From assembly GCA_965218785.1 (NCBI GenBank), contig OZ244650.1:768001-832000 (forward strand): a stretch of 64,000 bases of DNA, written 5' to 3'. The stretch comes from Nitrosopumilus sp. (lineage in GTDB: Archaea; Thermoproteota; Nitrososphaeria; Nitrososphaerales; Nitrosopumilaceae). The notes below the pieces were generated by a model, which saw only the letters and a list, made by a program, of their open reading frames with translations, was not told the DNA's origin and did no database searches. A program made the translations under genes and the position numbers. This document shows, in pieces, positions 21,190-31,246 of this stretch; the first letter of the stretch is position 1, and each line of letters opens with the position of its first letter.

Positions 21190-21850
21190 TGCCATGTGTT
21201 TTATCTTATACTTTTGTTCTGTGAGATCCCTATTCTGTGTACGATACACCACGCCGTTAGTCCGTATGTACCATATTATCTCCAGTATGTGTCTTGCAAC
21301 TGCAATCTTTGCCTTCTGCCATCTGCGTCTCTTGGTTATCCCCTGATGATGGATTTCATCCTCTCGTCATATCGTATGGCGGTGCTTACAGCATCCACCA
21401 TGGCATTGCGTATCCATACTGTATCCCGTTTGGCTATGCCGCCACTCTTATGCGTGTCGGCACTCCTTGTGGGATGGAACTAGGCTTGCATATGATATAG
21501 TTTTTCAGCCGTTGCAAACCTCTTGATGTCTACAATTTCAGATATTATCGTCAGTGCCGTGATGTGGCTGATTCCAGGTATCGTTAATAGTAGTCTTGTT
21601 CTTTCATCATTTTCGAATATTGATGCAATATTGCATTCCAATTTATGAATCTGCTCTTGTATCCTGAATACGTTCTCAAGGTTCATGTCTACTGCAATCC
21701 TGTCTATTTCTGAGAGTTTTATCTCCTGTAATGATGCCACAGTTGATTTTAAAAATACACTGTGTGTGGATATACCATAATCGTATTTTACAAGTATCGA
21801 GTGAATCTGATTCTTGTATTTTGTCACATCATGTACCAGATTTAGTTTCT
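21190..21850 (-). mobile_element. IS110-family transposase pseudogene (C-terminal part, several frameshifts)
   Basis: YKNQIHSIL, LLTIPGISHITALTIISEI-DIKRF, then in shifted frames LVPS...GGIAK...WIRNAMVDA...KAKIAVARHILEIIW. Confidence 0.8.
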
Positions 21851-21909
21851 GCTATGAATTGCCGACATAACTGCATTGATTAGTTGACAGATGTTTTTAG
21901 GTTGAAAAT

Positions 21910-22296
21910 CTAAAATGGTGTACTATCAAATATTTTTGATCCGGATAATTGTTTAAGAACCTGAAATATGTTGTTACTTATAACACCTCCAACCAGTACC
22001 ACTAGAACCCAAGGATCTATATGAAAATAACTTGGAAGAAAACCAGACATCACTATTGCAAATGTCATCAATGCGTAACCCCAATACGTTGTTCTTTTAA
22101 AAAGCTCCACCGTTTTTCTGATTTCCAATTTATTGGATTTACGATCATCAGGATCACCTGCACTAACCATGCCTCGTTCTAGAATCTTTTTCTCTTTTTT
22201 TGCATTATCGCCAATTCGTGTGGGTTTGACAGGAGGCGCTATTACTGGTTGTTGATTATCCTCAGTATGACTAATATCCCTGCTTGCCATCGTCAT
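21910..22296 (-). CDS. Two-TM membrane protein, candidate toxin partner of Panacea
   Basis: Overlaps the Panacea gene; charged N-terminus then two hydrophobic helices. Confidence 0.6.
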   Translation of the reverse strand: MTMASRDISHTEDNQQPVIAPPVKPTRIGDNAKKEKKILERGMVSAGDPDDRKSNKLEIRKTVELFKRTTYWGYALMTFAIVMSGFLPSYFHIDPWVLVVLVGGVISNNIFQVLKQLSGSKIFDSTPF

Positions 22297-22777
22297 TCAT
22301 TTTTTGTTCATAAAATTCTTGTATGATATCATTGGGAATCAATGTAAATAATTTGCCACGTTGATAACATTGATGCCAAGGCGTACCTTTCTCATGTGTG
22401 AGTGATGATAATTCAAGTGCAGATAAGCAACCAAAACGTTCACCCATCTGATCAAGTATGTTGCGAGTTTCAGGATCAATTAAAGATTCGATGAATTCTT
22501 TTCTTTCCTGAAATTCTTCATTATCTGCAGACAATGTGCCACAGTAATTGAGTTTATCGATGATGTCTCCCCCGTATCCCTTGTATGTTTGATATAGTAA
22601 CGGAATTACAGGACCCAATTTCCATGCCTCAATTCTTGATGCTATAAGAGGGTTTTTTGTAATGGCGAGTGTAAAGCCATGTGCAATATACGTCATTTTG
22701 ATCATGTGCATTGCGGTAAGGGAATTATTTGTATGAGTAAGAAAATAATCAGCTATCAGTTGTGCAGAATATGTCAT
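22271..22777 (-). CDS. Panacea/SocA (DUF4065, GepA-like) antitoxin
   Basis: IADYFL...M-x-x-IKMTYIAHG...IEAWKLGPVIPLLY...LSSLTHEKGTPW. Confidence 0.88.
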   Translation of the reverse strand: MTYSAQLIADYFLTHTNNSLTAMHMIKMTYIAHGFTLAITKNPLIASRIEAWKLGPVIPLLYQTYKGYGGDIIDKLNYCGTLSADNEEFQERKEFIESLIDPETRNILDQMGERFGCLSALELSSLTHEKGTPWHQCYQRGKLFTLIPNDIIQEFYEQKMNDDGKQGY

Positions 22778-22879
22778 AGTATCCTATAAAATAAAATAAG
22801 ATATTTTAAATGTTTAGTGTGAGTAAAAAGACAGTTCGATCAATGTTTGATCTACAAATTGAAAAATTTGTGCCTGTTT

Positions 22880-23330
22880 GGAATTTATATGATGCTAAAA
22901 TCAACCATTTGTCCGAATATCTCTGGAGATATTTATGTTTCATCAAATTGATGGCAGTGACAAAGGTACGGAGGATGTAAAACCAATGTTTGTAAATGCA
23001 ATGATGACTGCAGATAAAAAACCTGCAACATTGATTTCAGATGGAGCAGCCAACTTTCACGATGCGTGAAAGTCAGAATACCGACAGAAAAACTCTCTAC
23101 ACAAGAAGACCAAACACATCCACATGAAGATGACATAAACAACAATCAAATGGAGAGGTTAAATGATACCATCAGACCGAGAAACCCCATACCGGAAAAT
23201 AAGATGATAAACAGCTCACGTTTGATGGATTTCAAACATTCTATAATTTTACCAAAAAACATGGATCTTTGAACGGTAGGACACCTGCTGAAATGGTGAG
23301 AATTATGGAACTGGCAGGCCTGATCTCCAA
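22880..23330 (+). mobile_element. Degraded DDE transposase (IS6/integrase-core type)
   Basis: Fragments across frames: ISDGAANFHDA*, NNNQMERLNDTIR, YN-F, HGSLNGRTPAE. Confidence 0.7.
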
Positions 23331-23402
23331 AATATTTTCATCAATGTTGGTTTTTAAATTACAGGTTAGTCGTCTCTCCACTGTTTTTATCCTGGTGGAG
23401 AG

Positions 23403-24044
23403 TCACCTGTCCTGCCCTAGAATCTTTCTGATTCTTTCCACGACTGGTGGTTTTTCATTTTGTTCTAACAAAAAATCCAGATCCTCGGTATTATCAACAT
23501 CTAGCATGACTCTTTTCACAAAGACTAGTGCCACATTCCGTGTGTGTTCTTTGGCAGTATTCATGTGGATTTTGTAACTATCTTCATCATAACTGGTCCC
23601 CATCAAATCTACTGGCATTCTGACTAGCGCATTAGTCCCGTCAAATCTTCTAGATGGAACAACTATGGCAAAATTTGGCGGAGTCATATAATTTAGCATA
23701 AAATCAATGTCCTGGGTCTTCATAAACGGTATGTCTTGAGGAAATACAATCGAGGCATCAAAGCCATTCTCCAAAAGGTACTTGTCTGCAAGTGCAACTG
23801 CACCATTGACGCTTTCCTCTTTTTCATCAATTATGATTACGGCATTAAATTTTTTGCCAATCTCAATTGCCTTTTCTTCTTTTGTTACGATGACTATCTC
23901 TTTGATTTTGGGGGATATTGACACGGTGTACAGAATCTCCTCTAGCATTATTTTGCACAGTTCTTCTTTTTGATCTGGGGATAAATCTAGACGGGTTTTT
24001 GCATTAGAGAAAGTCTTTACGGGAATTATTGCAGCTATTTTCAA
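23403..24044 (-). CDS. cofC: 2-phospho-L-lactate/PEP guanylyltransferase
   Basis: IIPVKTFSNAKTRL, QDIP, DGTNAL, LDVDNTEDL; adjacent to cofD. Confidence 0.93.
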   Translation of the reverse strand: MKIAAIIPVKTFSNAKTRLDLSPDQKEELCKIMLEEILYTVSISPKIKEIVIVTKEEKAIEIGKKFNAVIIIDEKEESVNGAVALADKYLLENGFDASIVFPQDIPFMKTQDIDFMLNYMTPPNFAIVVPSRRFDGTNALVRMPVDLMGTSYDEDSYKIHMNTAKEHTRNVALVFVKRVMLDVDNTEDLDFLLEQNEKPPVVERIRKILGQDR

Positions 24045-24045
24045 G

Positions 24046-24966
24046 TTATACGTGTACTTGTTTTAAAATAAAATTTGCCAACGCGTCCTCAGCTATTTTG
24101 TTCTTCATGGTAATTTTTGTTTCAAACACCTTCATGTCCAAACTCTGTATCTTTTTTACAAGCATTCTATCCTTGGTATCTACAATGATGTTGGAGCAAA
24201 CGTCTGAATACATTTTTGCCAATCCGTATGCGTTTGATTCTATTCCTGCGGCCTGCATATATTTTCCGCCCGGACCGCTAATGGTATCATCCCCAATTAG
24301 CGGACTGACTGCAACCACCTTTTTCTTTATTTTTGATAATTCCTTTCTTATTCCCTTGATTTGGAGCATCGGTCCAATTGATGTCAATGGATTTCCCGGT
24401 GCTAAAATTATCATGTCTGCATCATGTATTGCGTTTACTGCCTCTGGATTCGGACGTGCCTTGTCTGCGCCGATATACTGAATTCCTATGACGGGATCTT
24501 TTCCCCTGTGCTTGACCCAGTATTCCTGCAAATGTAATTCCCCCTTGTCTGTAGTTATTCTTGTTTCAATACTGTTGTCTGTTACTGGTATGATGTTTGC
24601 ACTAACTGCAAATTTTTCACACATCCATTTTGTAATGTCACTGAGATTCTTTCCATTCTTTAGCATGTTTGTTCTGATCAAATGCGTTGCAGCGTCCCTG
24701 TCTCCTATTCTAAACCATGTCTCTTCTCCAAAAACCTCCATCTGGCGCAAAAAATTAAAGGTGTCTTTTTTTACCCCCCACCCCTTTTCCTGATCAAGCA
24801 AATCTGCCAGGCCATAAACAATGGTGTCAATATCCGGACACACGTACAGCCCATAAAGCCAGTAATTGTCCCCTACATTACTAATTACATTAACTTTGGA
24901 TTCCTGAGATATCAATCCTCTGATTAACTTGACTGAACCTGTTCCTCCTGCCAAAACTGTGATCAT
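24046..24966 (-). CDS. cofD: 2-phospho-L-lactate transferase
   Basis: LAGGTGSVKL, NVGDN...VCPDIDTI, IGDRDAATH, HLQEYWV, PGNPLTSIGPM. Confidence 0.95.
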   Translation of the reverse strand: MITVLAGGTGSVKLIRGLISQESKVNVISNVGDNYWLYGLYVCPDIDTIVYGLADLLDQEKGWGVKKDTFNFLRQMEVFGEETWFRIGDRDAATHLIRTNMLKNGKNLSDITKWMCEKFAVSANIIPVTDNSIETRITTDKGELHLQEYWVKHRGKDPVIGIQYIGADKARPNPEAVNAIHDADMIILAPGNPLTSIGPMLQIKGIRKELSKIKKKVVAVSPLIGDDTISGPGGKYMQAAGIESNAYGLAKMYSDVCSNIIVDTKDRMLVKKIQSLDMKVFETKITMKNKIAEDALANFILKQVHV

Positions 24967-25078
24967 ACCATTTCTCCTAAAACCACTAGTCTTCATGCCT
25001 TGCTCCATATTACTTTTTCAAAATACAGCGATCAATAACTTGGTAAAGTTTATTACTTTCTTGAGCCTGATTTTTTTC

Positions 25079-26491
25079 GTGTCAAAGGGTATAGTTTTAA
25101 CAGTTTTGATCGCATGCCTCATAGTTATCGGTACTAGTACCTCTGCATGGGCCGCACAACTAGATACTACAATCAATCCAAACAATGACTCATCACCATT
25201 TAAGATGAGTTATCAAAAGACCATTTTCATCGATTACCCGGATGGAGGGGATCTATATGATGCATTAAAAGGAAAGGATTGGACCGTACAAGGGACTGCT
25301 GATTCGTCAGATCCCGGAGTTCAAGATCTTATAAAACAACTCAATAACGGAATTATCGCCGATCGAAGTCAGGCAAGAATTTCAGACTTGAACGTATCTT
25401 ATGATTTTCATCTCATAGCAAGAAACCCCACCATTGGTACCTCTATTGATTACAGGGTAGTTCTGGAAGGCATGTTAACTGATTATGTAATTGTAAAAGA
25501 CTCTATAAAGTCTCTAGTTGATTTGAACTGGAGGGGATTATCTACTGACGGTAAAGTTGTAATTAACGGCGTGGATATCAACCACCCAATAAACTTACTC
25601 CGGGATCAAGAACCGGACGTCCATGCAATATTTGCTGGAACTGAGGCAGACACCATCTTTAATCGAAGTCTTATCAATGCCGACTATATCCTAGAACAGC
25701 CAATAACAAACTGGCACTTTTTGTTTGATCCCACCGGAATTAACGTGGATGCAGGAACATTTGGATTAAATGAAGAGATCTCCGGATTTATCGTATCAAA
25801 GTGGACCATGGGGGAGAGCAGTATTAGAGAAGGCAGACAGGTTGAATCAGATATTCAAGTAGAAATAATCTCTGATGAAAGATACATTGTTCGAAGTGTC
25901 CAGTCAGCTGATCAGGGTAATTTATCAATAATTGGATTTGGTTCAAATGACATATTGGATGGAATAGAAATTGCAGGTATTACTCCGACTGCTCCTCCAG
26001 ACCTTGGTGGACCTCAAGGCGGTTTTCCTATTATGATAGTTTATGGGATGGCAGGAATTGCAGCCATTGCAGGAATTGGATTCTTTATCTTTAGTAACAG
26101 ATCACTCAAAAATGAAAAACAGGGACAGCAGGGAATTGATCCTACTAAATTGGTAGGTTACGCAACTAGCGCATCTTCAGGCGGTTATCAAACCAACAGG
26201 GGTGAGGCTCAACTCAAAGATGATACTGGCTATCAGCAAACCCGAAATGTTTATGATGCAAATACACAAAGTACTCCACCTCCACCACCACCACCACCTT
26301 CTACCACTACTCCCCCTCCCTCCTCTCTCCCGGCGGCTTCTTCTGCTGTTGAAGATGCGGCATGTGGATGCGCTGCCTCTGCAGACATGGGTTCTGAATG
26401 TGACTGTGCAATGCAGAGTGCATGTCTTTGTGATGCCACATGTGGCTGCAATGCAGATATCTGCAAAGAGCAGGCTCACGCCATGAGTTAA
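25079..26491 (+). CDS. Secreted, membrane-anchored protein with Pro-rich linker and Cys-rich C-terminal tail
   Basis: GTG start, signal peptide ending SAWAA, TM helix IMIVYGMAGIAAIAGIGFFIF, poly-Pro run, nine-Cys tail. Confidence 0.82.
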   Translation: MSKGIVLTVLIACLIVIGTSTSAWAAQLDTTINPNNDSSPFKMSYQKTIFIDYPDGGDLYDALKGKDWTVQGTADSSDPGVQDLIKQLNNGIIADRSQARISDLNVSYDFHLIARNPTIGTSIDYRVVLEGMLTDYVIVKDSIKSLVDLNWRGLSTDGKVVINGVDINHPINLLRDQEPDVHAIFAGTEADTIFNRSLINADYILEQPITNWHFLFDPTGINVDAGTFGLNEEISGFIVSKWTMGESSIREGRQVESDIQVEIISDERYIVRSVQSADQGNLSIIGFGSNDILDGIEIAGITPTAPPDLGGPQGGFPIMIVYGMAGIAAIAGIGFFIFSNRSLKNEKQGQQGIDPTKLVGYATSASSGGYQTNRGEAQLKDDTGYQQTRNVYDANTQSTPPPPPPPPSTTTPPPSSLPAASSAVEDAACGCAASADMGSECDCAMQSACLCDATCGCNADICKEQAHAMS

Positions 26492-26510
26492 AAGAAATTT
26501 TAAAAAATAA

Positions 26511-26792
26511 TGTGTGCTGGGAGTAACCCTCCTTCTGTTTTCACGATATTTCGCTTTGCAGCCTACCTGAACTTGGTACAGGAACCTCTAGTTCTGTTTG
26601 GCCTTGCTCCATGCGGGTCGGCTTTTTTCATTCCTTTTATGGAAATCTCAGGTTTTGCCATCATTGTGCGCCATATTGGATTTTTTTCTGCTCCGTTGCC
26701 AACCATCTCTGGTTATCCATCTCCGGATCGCATTTCCTGTATGGAGGGAGGAGTTTCCTCTGCCGTAGCAGCGTGTCGTGCTCCAGCTCACA
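26511..26792 (-). ncRNA. rnpB: Archaeal RNase P RNA
   Basis: Minus strand starts TGTGAGCTGGAG, contains GAGGAAACTCCTCCC (CR-I) and ends AACAGAAGGAGGGTTACTCCCAGCACACA (CR-V); the ends pair as P1. Confidence 0.92.
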
Positions 26793-26802
26793 TTATACCA
26801 TT

Positions 26803-27450
26803 TCATCTCTTGGATTTGAGTATTGCCCGGGGTTTTGTGCCTGTTATAAATAATGTTCCAAACTCCCTCTTCCACTTTTTCCTGCTTTTCAAATCTTTGA
26901 TGTGTTTTGTTCTGACACCAAAGCCTGCATTTTGAAATAATGTCCTCCATTCCTTTTTTGAATGCAGGTGCATCTGTATCTTCATAACATCTGCCCATCT
27001 TGCAGTTGCCTTGTTATCTGTGTAAAAATCAGTTCCACAAAAAAACATCCCGCCTGGTTTTAACAGCCTGTATATTTTTTCAAGTGCCGCCTTGATGGAA
27101 TCTGCATAATAAAGCGACTCCATTGAAAAGATAAAATCAAACCCTCTCCTGTACTTCATTGACTCTATATCCGTATGAAAGAACTCCTCTTTGCTGCTGA
27201 GTATCTTCTTTTTAGACTGTATGATCATCTTTTTGCTTTTATCAATGCCTATGACTTTTTTGCAATTTTTTTCCTGGGCAATCTTTCTTACAACCCATCC
27301 ATTCCCGCACCCTACATCAAGAAAGGTAAACGGTACATCAAATGATATGGTCTGTAAAAACCTTGCAACGTTTTTGCCGTGCTCTGTCTCCATCAACTCC
27401 GCCCTGCCGTTTTGAGCCCATACATCAAATGTCTTTCTGACTGTATCCAT
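26803..27450 (-). CDS. Class I SAM-dependent methyltransferase
   Basis: FLDVGCGNGW, GIDKS, FDFIFSMESLYY, LLKPGG. Confidence 0.9.
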   Translation of the reverse strand: MDTVRKTFDVWAQNGRAELMETEHGKNVARFLQTISFDVPFTFLDVGCGNGWVVRKIAQEKNCKKVIGIDKSKKMIIQSKKKILSSKEEFFHTDIESMKYRRGFDFIFSMESLYYADSIKAALEKIYRLLKPGGMFFCGTDFYTDNKATARWADVMKIQMHLHSKKEWRTLFQNAGFGVRTKHIKDLKSRKKWKREFGTLFITGTKPRAILKSKR

Positions 27451-27768
27451 GATTCCTGAATATTTTATTTACATTATAATCTTCGTCTTGCATGTCTTTG
27501 CTGGGTGGCTTTACCTTCATCCTCTTTGATTTTGCCTTTTTGATGCATGGGATCGGTTTTCTGCCATGGTGAGACAAACGCCTCTGATACAATGCGGTGT
27601 GAATAGCCAATAAAATTATTCAGTTAATTGATGTGATGTGACATATGATGCATCTTTTGCAGTCTGCCAGATTCTAAAAGGTGGTGTTGCCATTGATATG
27701 TGTGGTGCTTACCCTCAAATTCATAGGAATTAATATCTGATTAATTCTTAATAATGTAATTATTTACA

Positions 27769-28176
27769 TCATTGAGAATTATGATGTTTAGAGCCTATAT
27801 CACGAAAAACATATGCAATTATGAGCCAAAAAATCAAATTTGAAATTACCAATATTATTGGAATTGTAAACCAATCATATTGATGCAAACCCCTTTCAAA
27901 ATAAAATGGCATATACAACAAACCATCTATCCCAAGTGGTATAAAATTAAAGAAAAGCCATACGTGAAAAAGAAAATCCCCTCTATCAAGTATGGGAATA
28001 TTGATTATTTCAAATCGAATAATTGAAAATAAAATTCCTTGAAGCGGTAATACTGTAAATAATAGAATTTTCTTTGGATTCCAAATAAAAAAGAGATTTA
28101 GAAATATCATGCTGGATGTAAAATTCAAAGTATGATATACATCAACTGTTATCTGAATCAATCCTGCGATCTTCAT
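27769..28176 (-). CDS. Hypothetical AT-rich membrane protein
   Basis: Several hydrophobic helices; start uncertain. Confidence 0.45.
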   Translation of the reverse strand: MKIAGLIQITVDVYHTLNFTSSMIFLNLFFIWNPKKILLFTVLPLQGILFSIIRFEIINIPILDRGDFLFHVWLFFNFIPLGIDGLLYMPFYFERGLHQYDWFTIPIILVISNLIFWLIIAYVFRDIGSKHHNSQ

Positions 28177-28278
28177 GTGTAACTTCCTGTCTCATGGATG
28201 ATCTCATGACTAGGCACGTAATCCCCATATCGTTTAGTATGATTACTGCATAAGTTTTAAGTAAGACAAGCATCGTTT

Positions 28279-31242
28279 TTGATCTTTGTGAGACAAATTT
28301 CAATATTATTTGGCGTAATTGCGCTTCTTTTGATACCTGCGTATGCATCTGCCCAATCCCCTGACAGAATCACGGTTTTAGATACTTTTGGCACTTATGT
28401 TGAGGGTGAACCACTGTTCATTTATGGACAAGTTGCAAGCATCGTTGATGACTCTTTTCTAATAATGCAGATTATTAATCCACAAGAGGATTTGTGTCAA
28501 ATCCAGCAGATCACGCCACTGCCAAACGGCGTCTTTATCACAGATGTGATTCCGCTAAAAGGCAGAATCTGCGGCCTTCCTGGCGAATACGAGGTCAGGT
28601 TATTCTACGGTGATTACTCCAAATCTACGATCTTTAACGTCACTCCCGGTCCCTTTTTGGGACCAAACGATTTTGAAAAGATCTTCCTGGCACAAAACCT
28701 GATACTTGCCCATCAATCCATAATTGATGAGGCACTTGACATTTCATCCCCTGTAACGGAGCTATCCGATGATGATTTATCTGCGTTGGAAACTGTCTTT
28801 GTTGATTTATGGGACGGATTCTTCGCCGATGAACTGCTTTTTGAGGTAGACCCGCTAATACGACCTGCCATCTCTTCGTCACTAGAATCCGTGCAGCAGC
28901 TGCTAGATAACGATGAGATATCCTTTGAGATTGCAGAATCCATTGACCGCAGAATTTTTACAGCTGTATTTTATTATGAGATTGGCGATAAATCCCAGTC
29001 TGTTGGCCTGCTAACTGATGCATTTGTTGATATAAGAAATGCAAATCCTGAAAAAACGACCCTGCCAGTCCTGACATTTGATCAACTAGAAACAACATTG
29101 CTAAACCTGATGAAAAAATCTGACACCGTAATGAGCAGAGACGTCAAACATGAAATTGCGTTTATCTTTGCTCGAGGAACAGCCCCCGTCTACTCTGATG
29201 AAATCCCCCAACTCATAGACATTCTTTCAAAATCCCGATATCTTGATGTTGTTTCAAGAAAAGACAGTGATCTTTACAGGCTCGTCAACAACAACTGGGA
29301 GTTTCTAAAGCCGTCCCTGCAGGAGAAAGAATCCATTGAGGAACTACTTGCCTCCAGTGCAGATGTCTCAAAGTTACACACCGCTGCAATACTCTTGCGG
29401 GAACTAGACGGTGTTGGAAGATTCATCCTCGCTGATTCTGAGGAAAACAGCGAGCTTGCCAACCTCTTGGTGCCTGACTGGGATGATCTACAGTCTGATT
29501 TGACACTGGCAACTTCAGTCGATGATATCCTGGAAGCTGAATCTGAAATTCATCAGATGAGCCAGATTATAGACATCTCGGCGCGAATTAGCGCAAGTGT
29601 TAAGATTTCACAATCCAACAATGTCAACTCTGCAGTCATCTCTGACTGGGAATCACTCTTGGAACGTGTTGAAAACGCCCAGTCTACAGATGAGATACTG
29701 GAAATTGTTTCTGCCTTTGACCAGTCAATGACTGAACTCAGGGAAAAACGAAATCCTTTGACTTTGTTGGAATTTCAGTATGGCACCCTAAAGGACAGGG
29801 CTGAAATTCAGGCAGACTATGAAAATCTGGTTCTAATTAATAACGCATTGAAAATTTTGAATACCGCCAAACAGATGGAATCTGGCAATCCGTCTATTAC
29901 CCGAATTGACAGGATTGAGGTATTGCTGACCTGGGCTAGCGAAACTGCACCCAAGATAAAGTCAGACTTGGATTCCTACAACAAGGACACATCGAAAATC
30001 CGCGCAAGTGACATCCTACAGCGAGCACAATCACTTGAGAATCTAGTCGATCTGAGTCTGACAAAGAACAGATTCCTGCCAAACTATGTCGCATTCACCG
30101 AAGATTTCAGCGAAAAGATTGCCGTTGTAAGGGATCTCGTAATTAAGAAAGATCTAGATTTTGCCAATACAATGGTTGAGGATCTGTTTGATGAATGGGT
30201 TCTTGTTTCAACTGCATATGCTAATAATCCCGACGGCTCCAAGGTTGGATACAACGTCGATGAGATAAAACGTATTGAATTCCGTGAAAAACTATCTGCA
30301 TACTCTGATACGGTCTCCAATTTCCGCAACAGCGGATTTGACGAACATGCAAGCGAGTACCACAAGCTGATGGATGAGGCGTATGAGTTAATTGAGATTG
30401 CAAATTTTGTTGATGTTGAATCGCATATTAAAAAGATCGGCGATTACCTCAGCGAGCATCTGACGCTGCGTGCTGATAATATAATCTTTGATCTGTCATT
30501 TGATGCTGAAAAAGACATCTGGATTATAAACGGCGCCACTGAAAAATCCCGCTTTGAGTCTCGAGAAAACCTCTATGTCACTGTTTACAAAATGGATGGC
30601 AGCACCCACAGCAGTTTGAAATTTACTGATACCAGACAGGGGAATTTCTACACCCAGTGGAACGCGCCGACTGATCCCGGTCTTTACGTCGTATCCCTGC
30701 AGTATCTAAACTCAAAGGCCACGCAGATTGCATACATTGAGGAAGAATTCACCACCGAATACGCCCAGCCTGACTTGGATGCGGCCAAACAGTCCCGCGT
30801 GTTTGACGAGTTAAGGTCGTTTGCCAAAGAATTTGGCGGTGCCAACTTTGATAATAATCCCAGGATCACATCCATCATTAATGAAATAAAATCAGGGATT
30901 GCAGATAAAAACACCCAAAAGGTAAAAAACAGCCTAGATGAATTAAGAAAGAACATTGAACGATACCTGCCAATAAGGGATCCTTCTGCCCCCATTGAGG
31001 CAGCGTATGATGGAAACAAGCTTGTCATAACCGGACGCGTTCTAAAGGCAGTCGAATTCAGCGAGGATCTCTTCATTGACGTATATGATCAGCAGGGCGA
31101 TCTTGTAAAGGCGATTGCCCTCAGAGACGATCCTACTGGACTCTTCAACGAGGTAGTCTCAGAGCCCTTTGACACGGGCATCTATGTCGTCAGATTACAA
31201 TATCACGATCTAGTGGTAACTGACTTTTTCAATGTGCCGTAG
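28279..31242 (+). CDS. Large secreted acidic protein with repeated Ig-like modules and a helical middle
   Basis: Signal peptide ending AYASAQ; repeated PGEYEVRLFY / PGLYVVSLQY / TGIYVVRLQY motifs. Confidence 0.85.
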   Translation: MIFVRQISILFGVIALLLIPAYASAQSPDRITVLDTFGTYVEGEPLFIYGQVASIVDDSFLIMQIINPQEDLCQIQQITPLPNGVFITDVIPLKGRICGLPGEYEVRLFYGDYSKSTIFNVTPGPFLGPNDFEKIFLAQNLILAHQSIIDEALDISSPVTELSDDDLSALETVFVDLWDGFFADELLFEVDPLIRPAISSSLESVQQLLDNDEISFEIAESIDRRIFTAVFYYEIGDKSQSVGLLTDAFVDIRNANPEKTTLPVLTFDQLETTLLNLMKKSDTVMSRDVKHEIAFIFARGTAPVYSDEIPQLIDILSKSRYLDVVSRKDSDLYRLVNNNWEFLKPSLQEKESIEELLASSADVSKLHTAAILLRELDGVGRFILADSEENSELANLLVPDWDDLQSDLTLATSVDDILEAESEIHQMSQIIDISARISASVKISQSNNVNSAVISDWESLLERVENAQSTDEILEIVSAFDQSMTELREKRNPLTLLEFQYGTLKDRAEIQADYENLVLINNALKILNTAKQMESGNPSITRIDRIEVLLTWASETAPKIKSDLDSYNKDTSKIRASDILQRAQSLENLVDLSLTKNRFLPNYVAFTEDFSEKIAVVRDLVIKKDLDFANTMVEDLFDEWVLVSTAYANNPDGSKVGYNVDEIKRIEFREKLSAYSDTVSNFRNSGFDEHASEYHKLMDEAYELIEIANFVDVESHIKKIGDYLSEHLTLRADNIIFDLSFDAEKDIWIINGATEKSRFESRENLYVTVYKMDGSTHSSLKFTDTRQGNFYTQWNAPTDPGLYVVSLQYLNSKATQIAYIEEEFTTEYAQPDLDAAKQSRVFDELRSFAKEFGGANFDNNPRITSIINEIKSGIADKNTQKVKNSLDELRKNIERYLPIRDPSAPIEAAYDGNKLVITGRVLKAVEFSEDLFIDVYDQQGDLVKAIALRDDPTGLFNEVVSEPFDTGIYVVRLQYHDLVVTDFFNVP

Positions 31243-31246
31243 CACT

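Noticed and set aside
26510-26998. ORFs at 26510-26935, 26611-26853 and 26648-26998
   Set aside because: They overlap the RNase P RNA and the methyltransferase and show no protein motifs.
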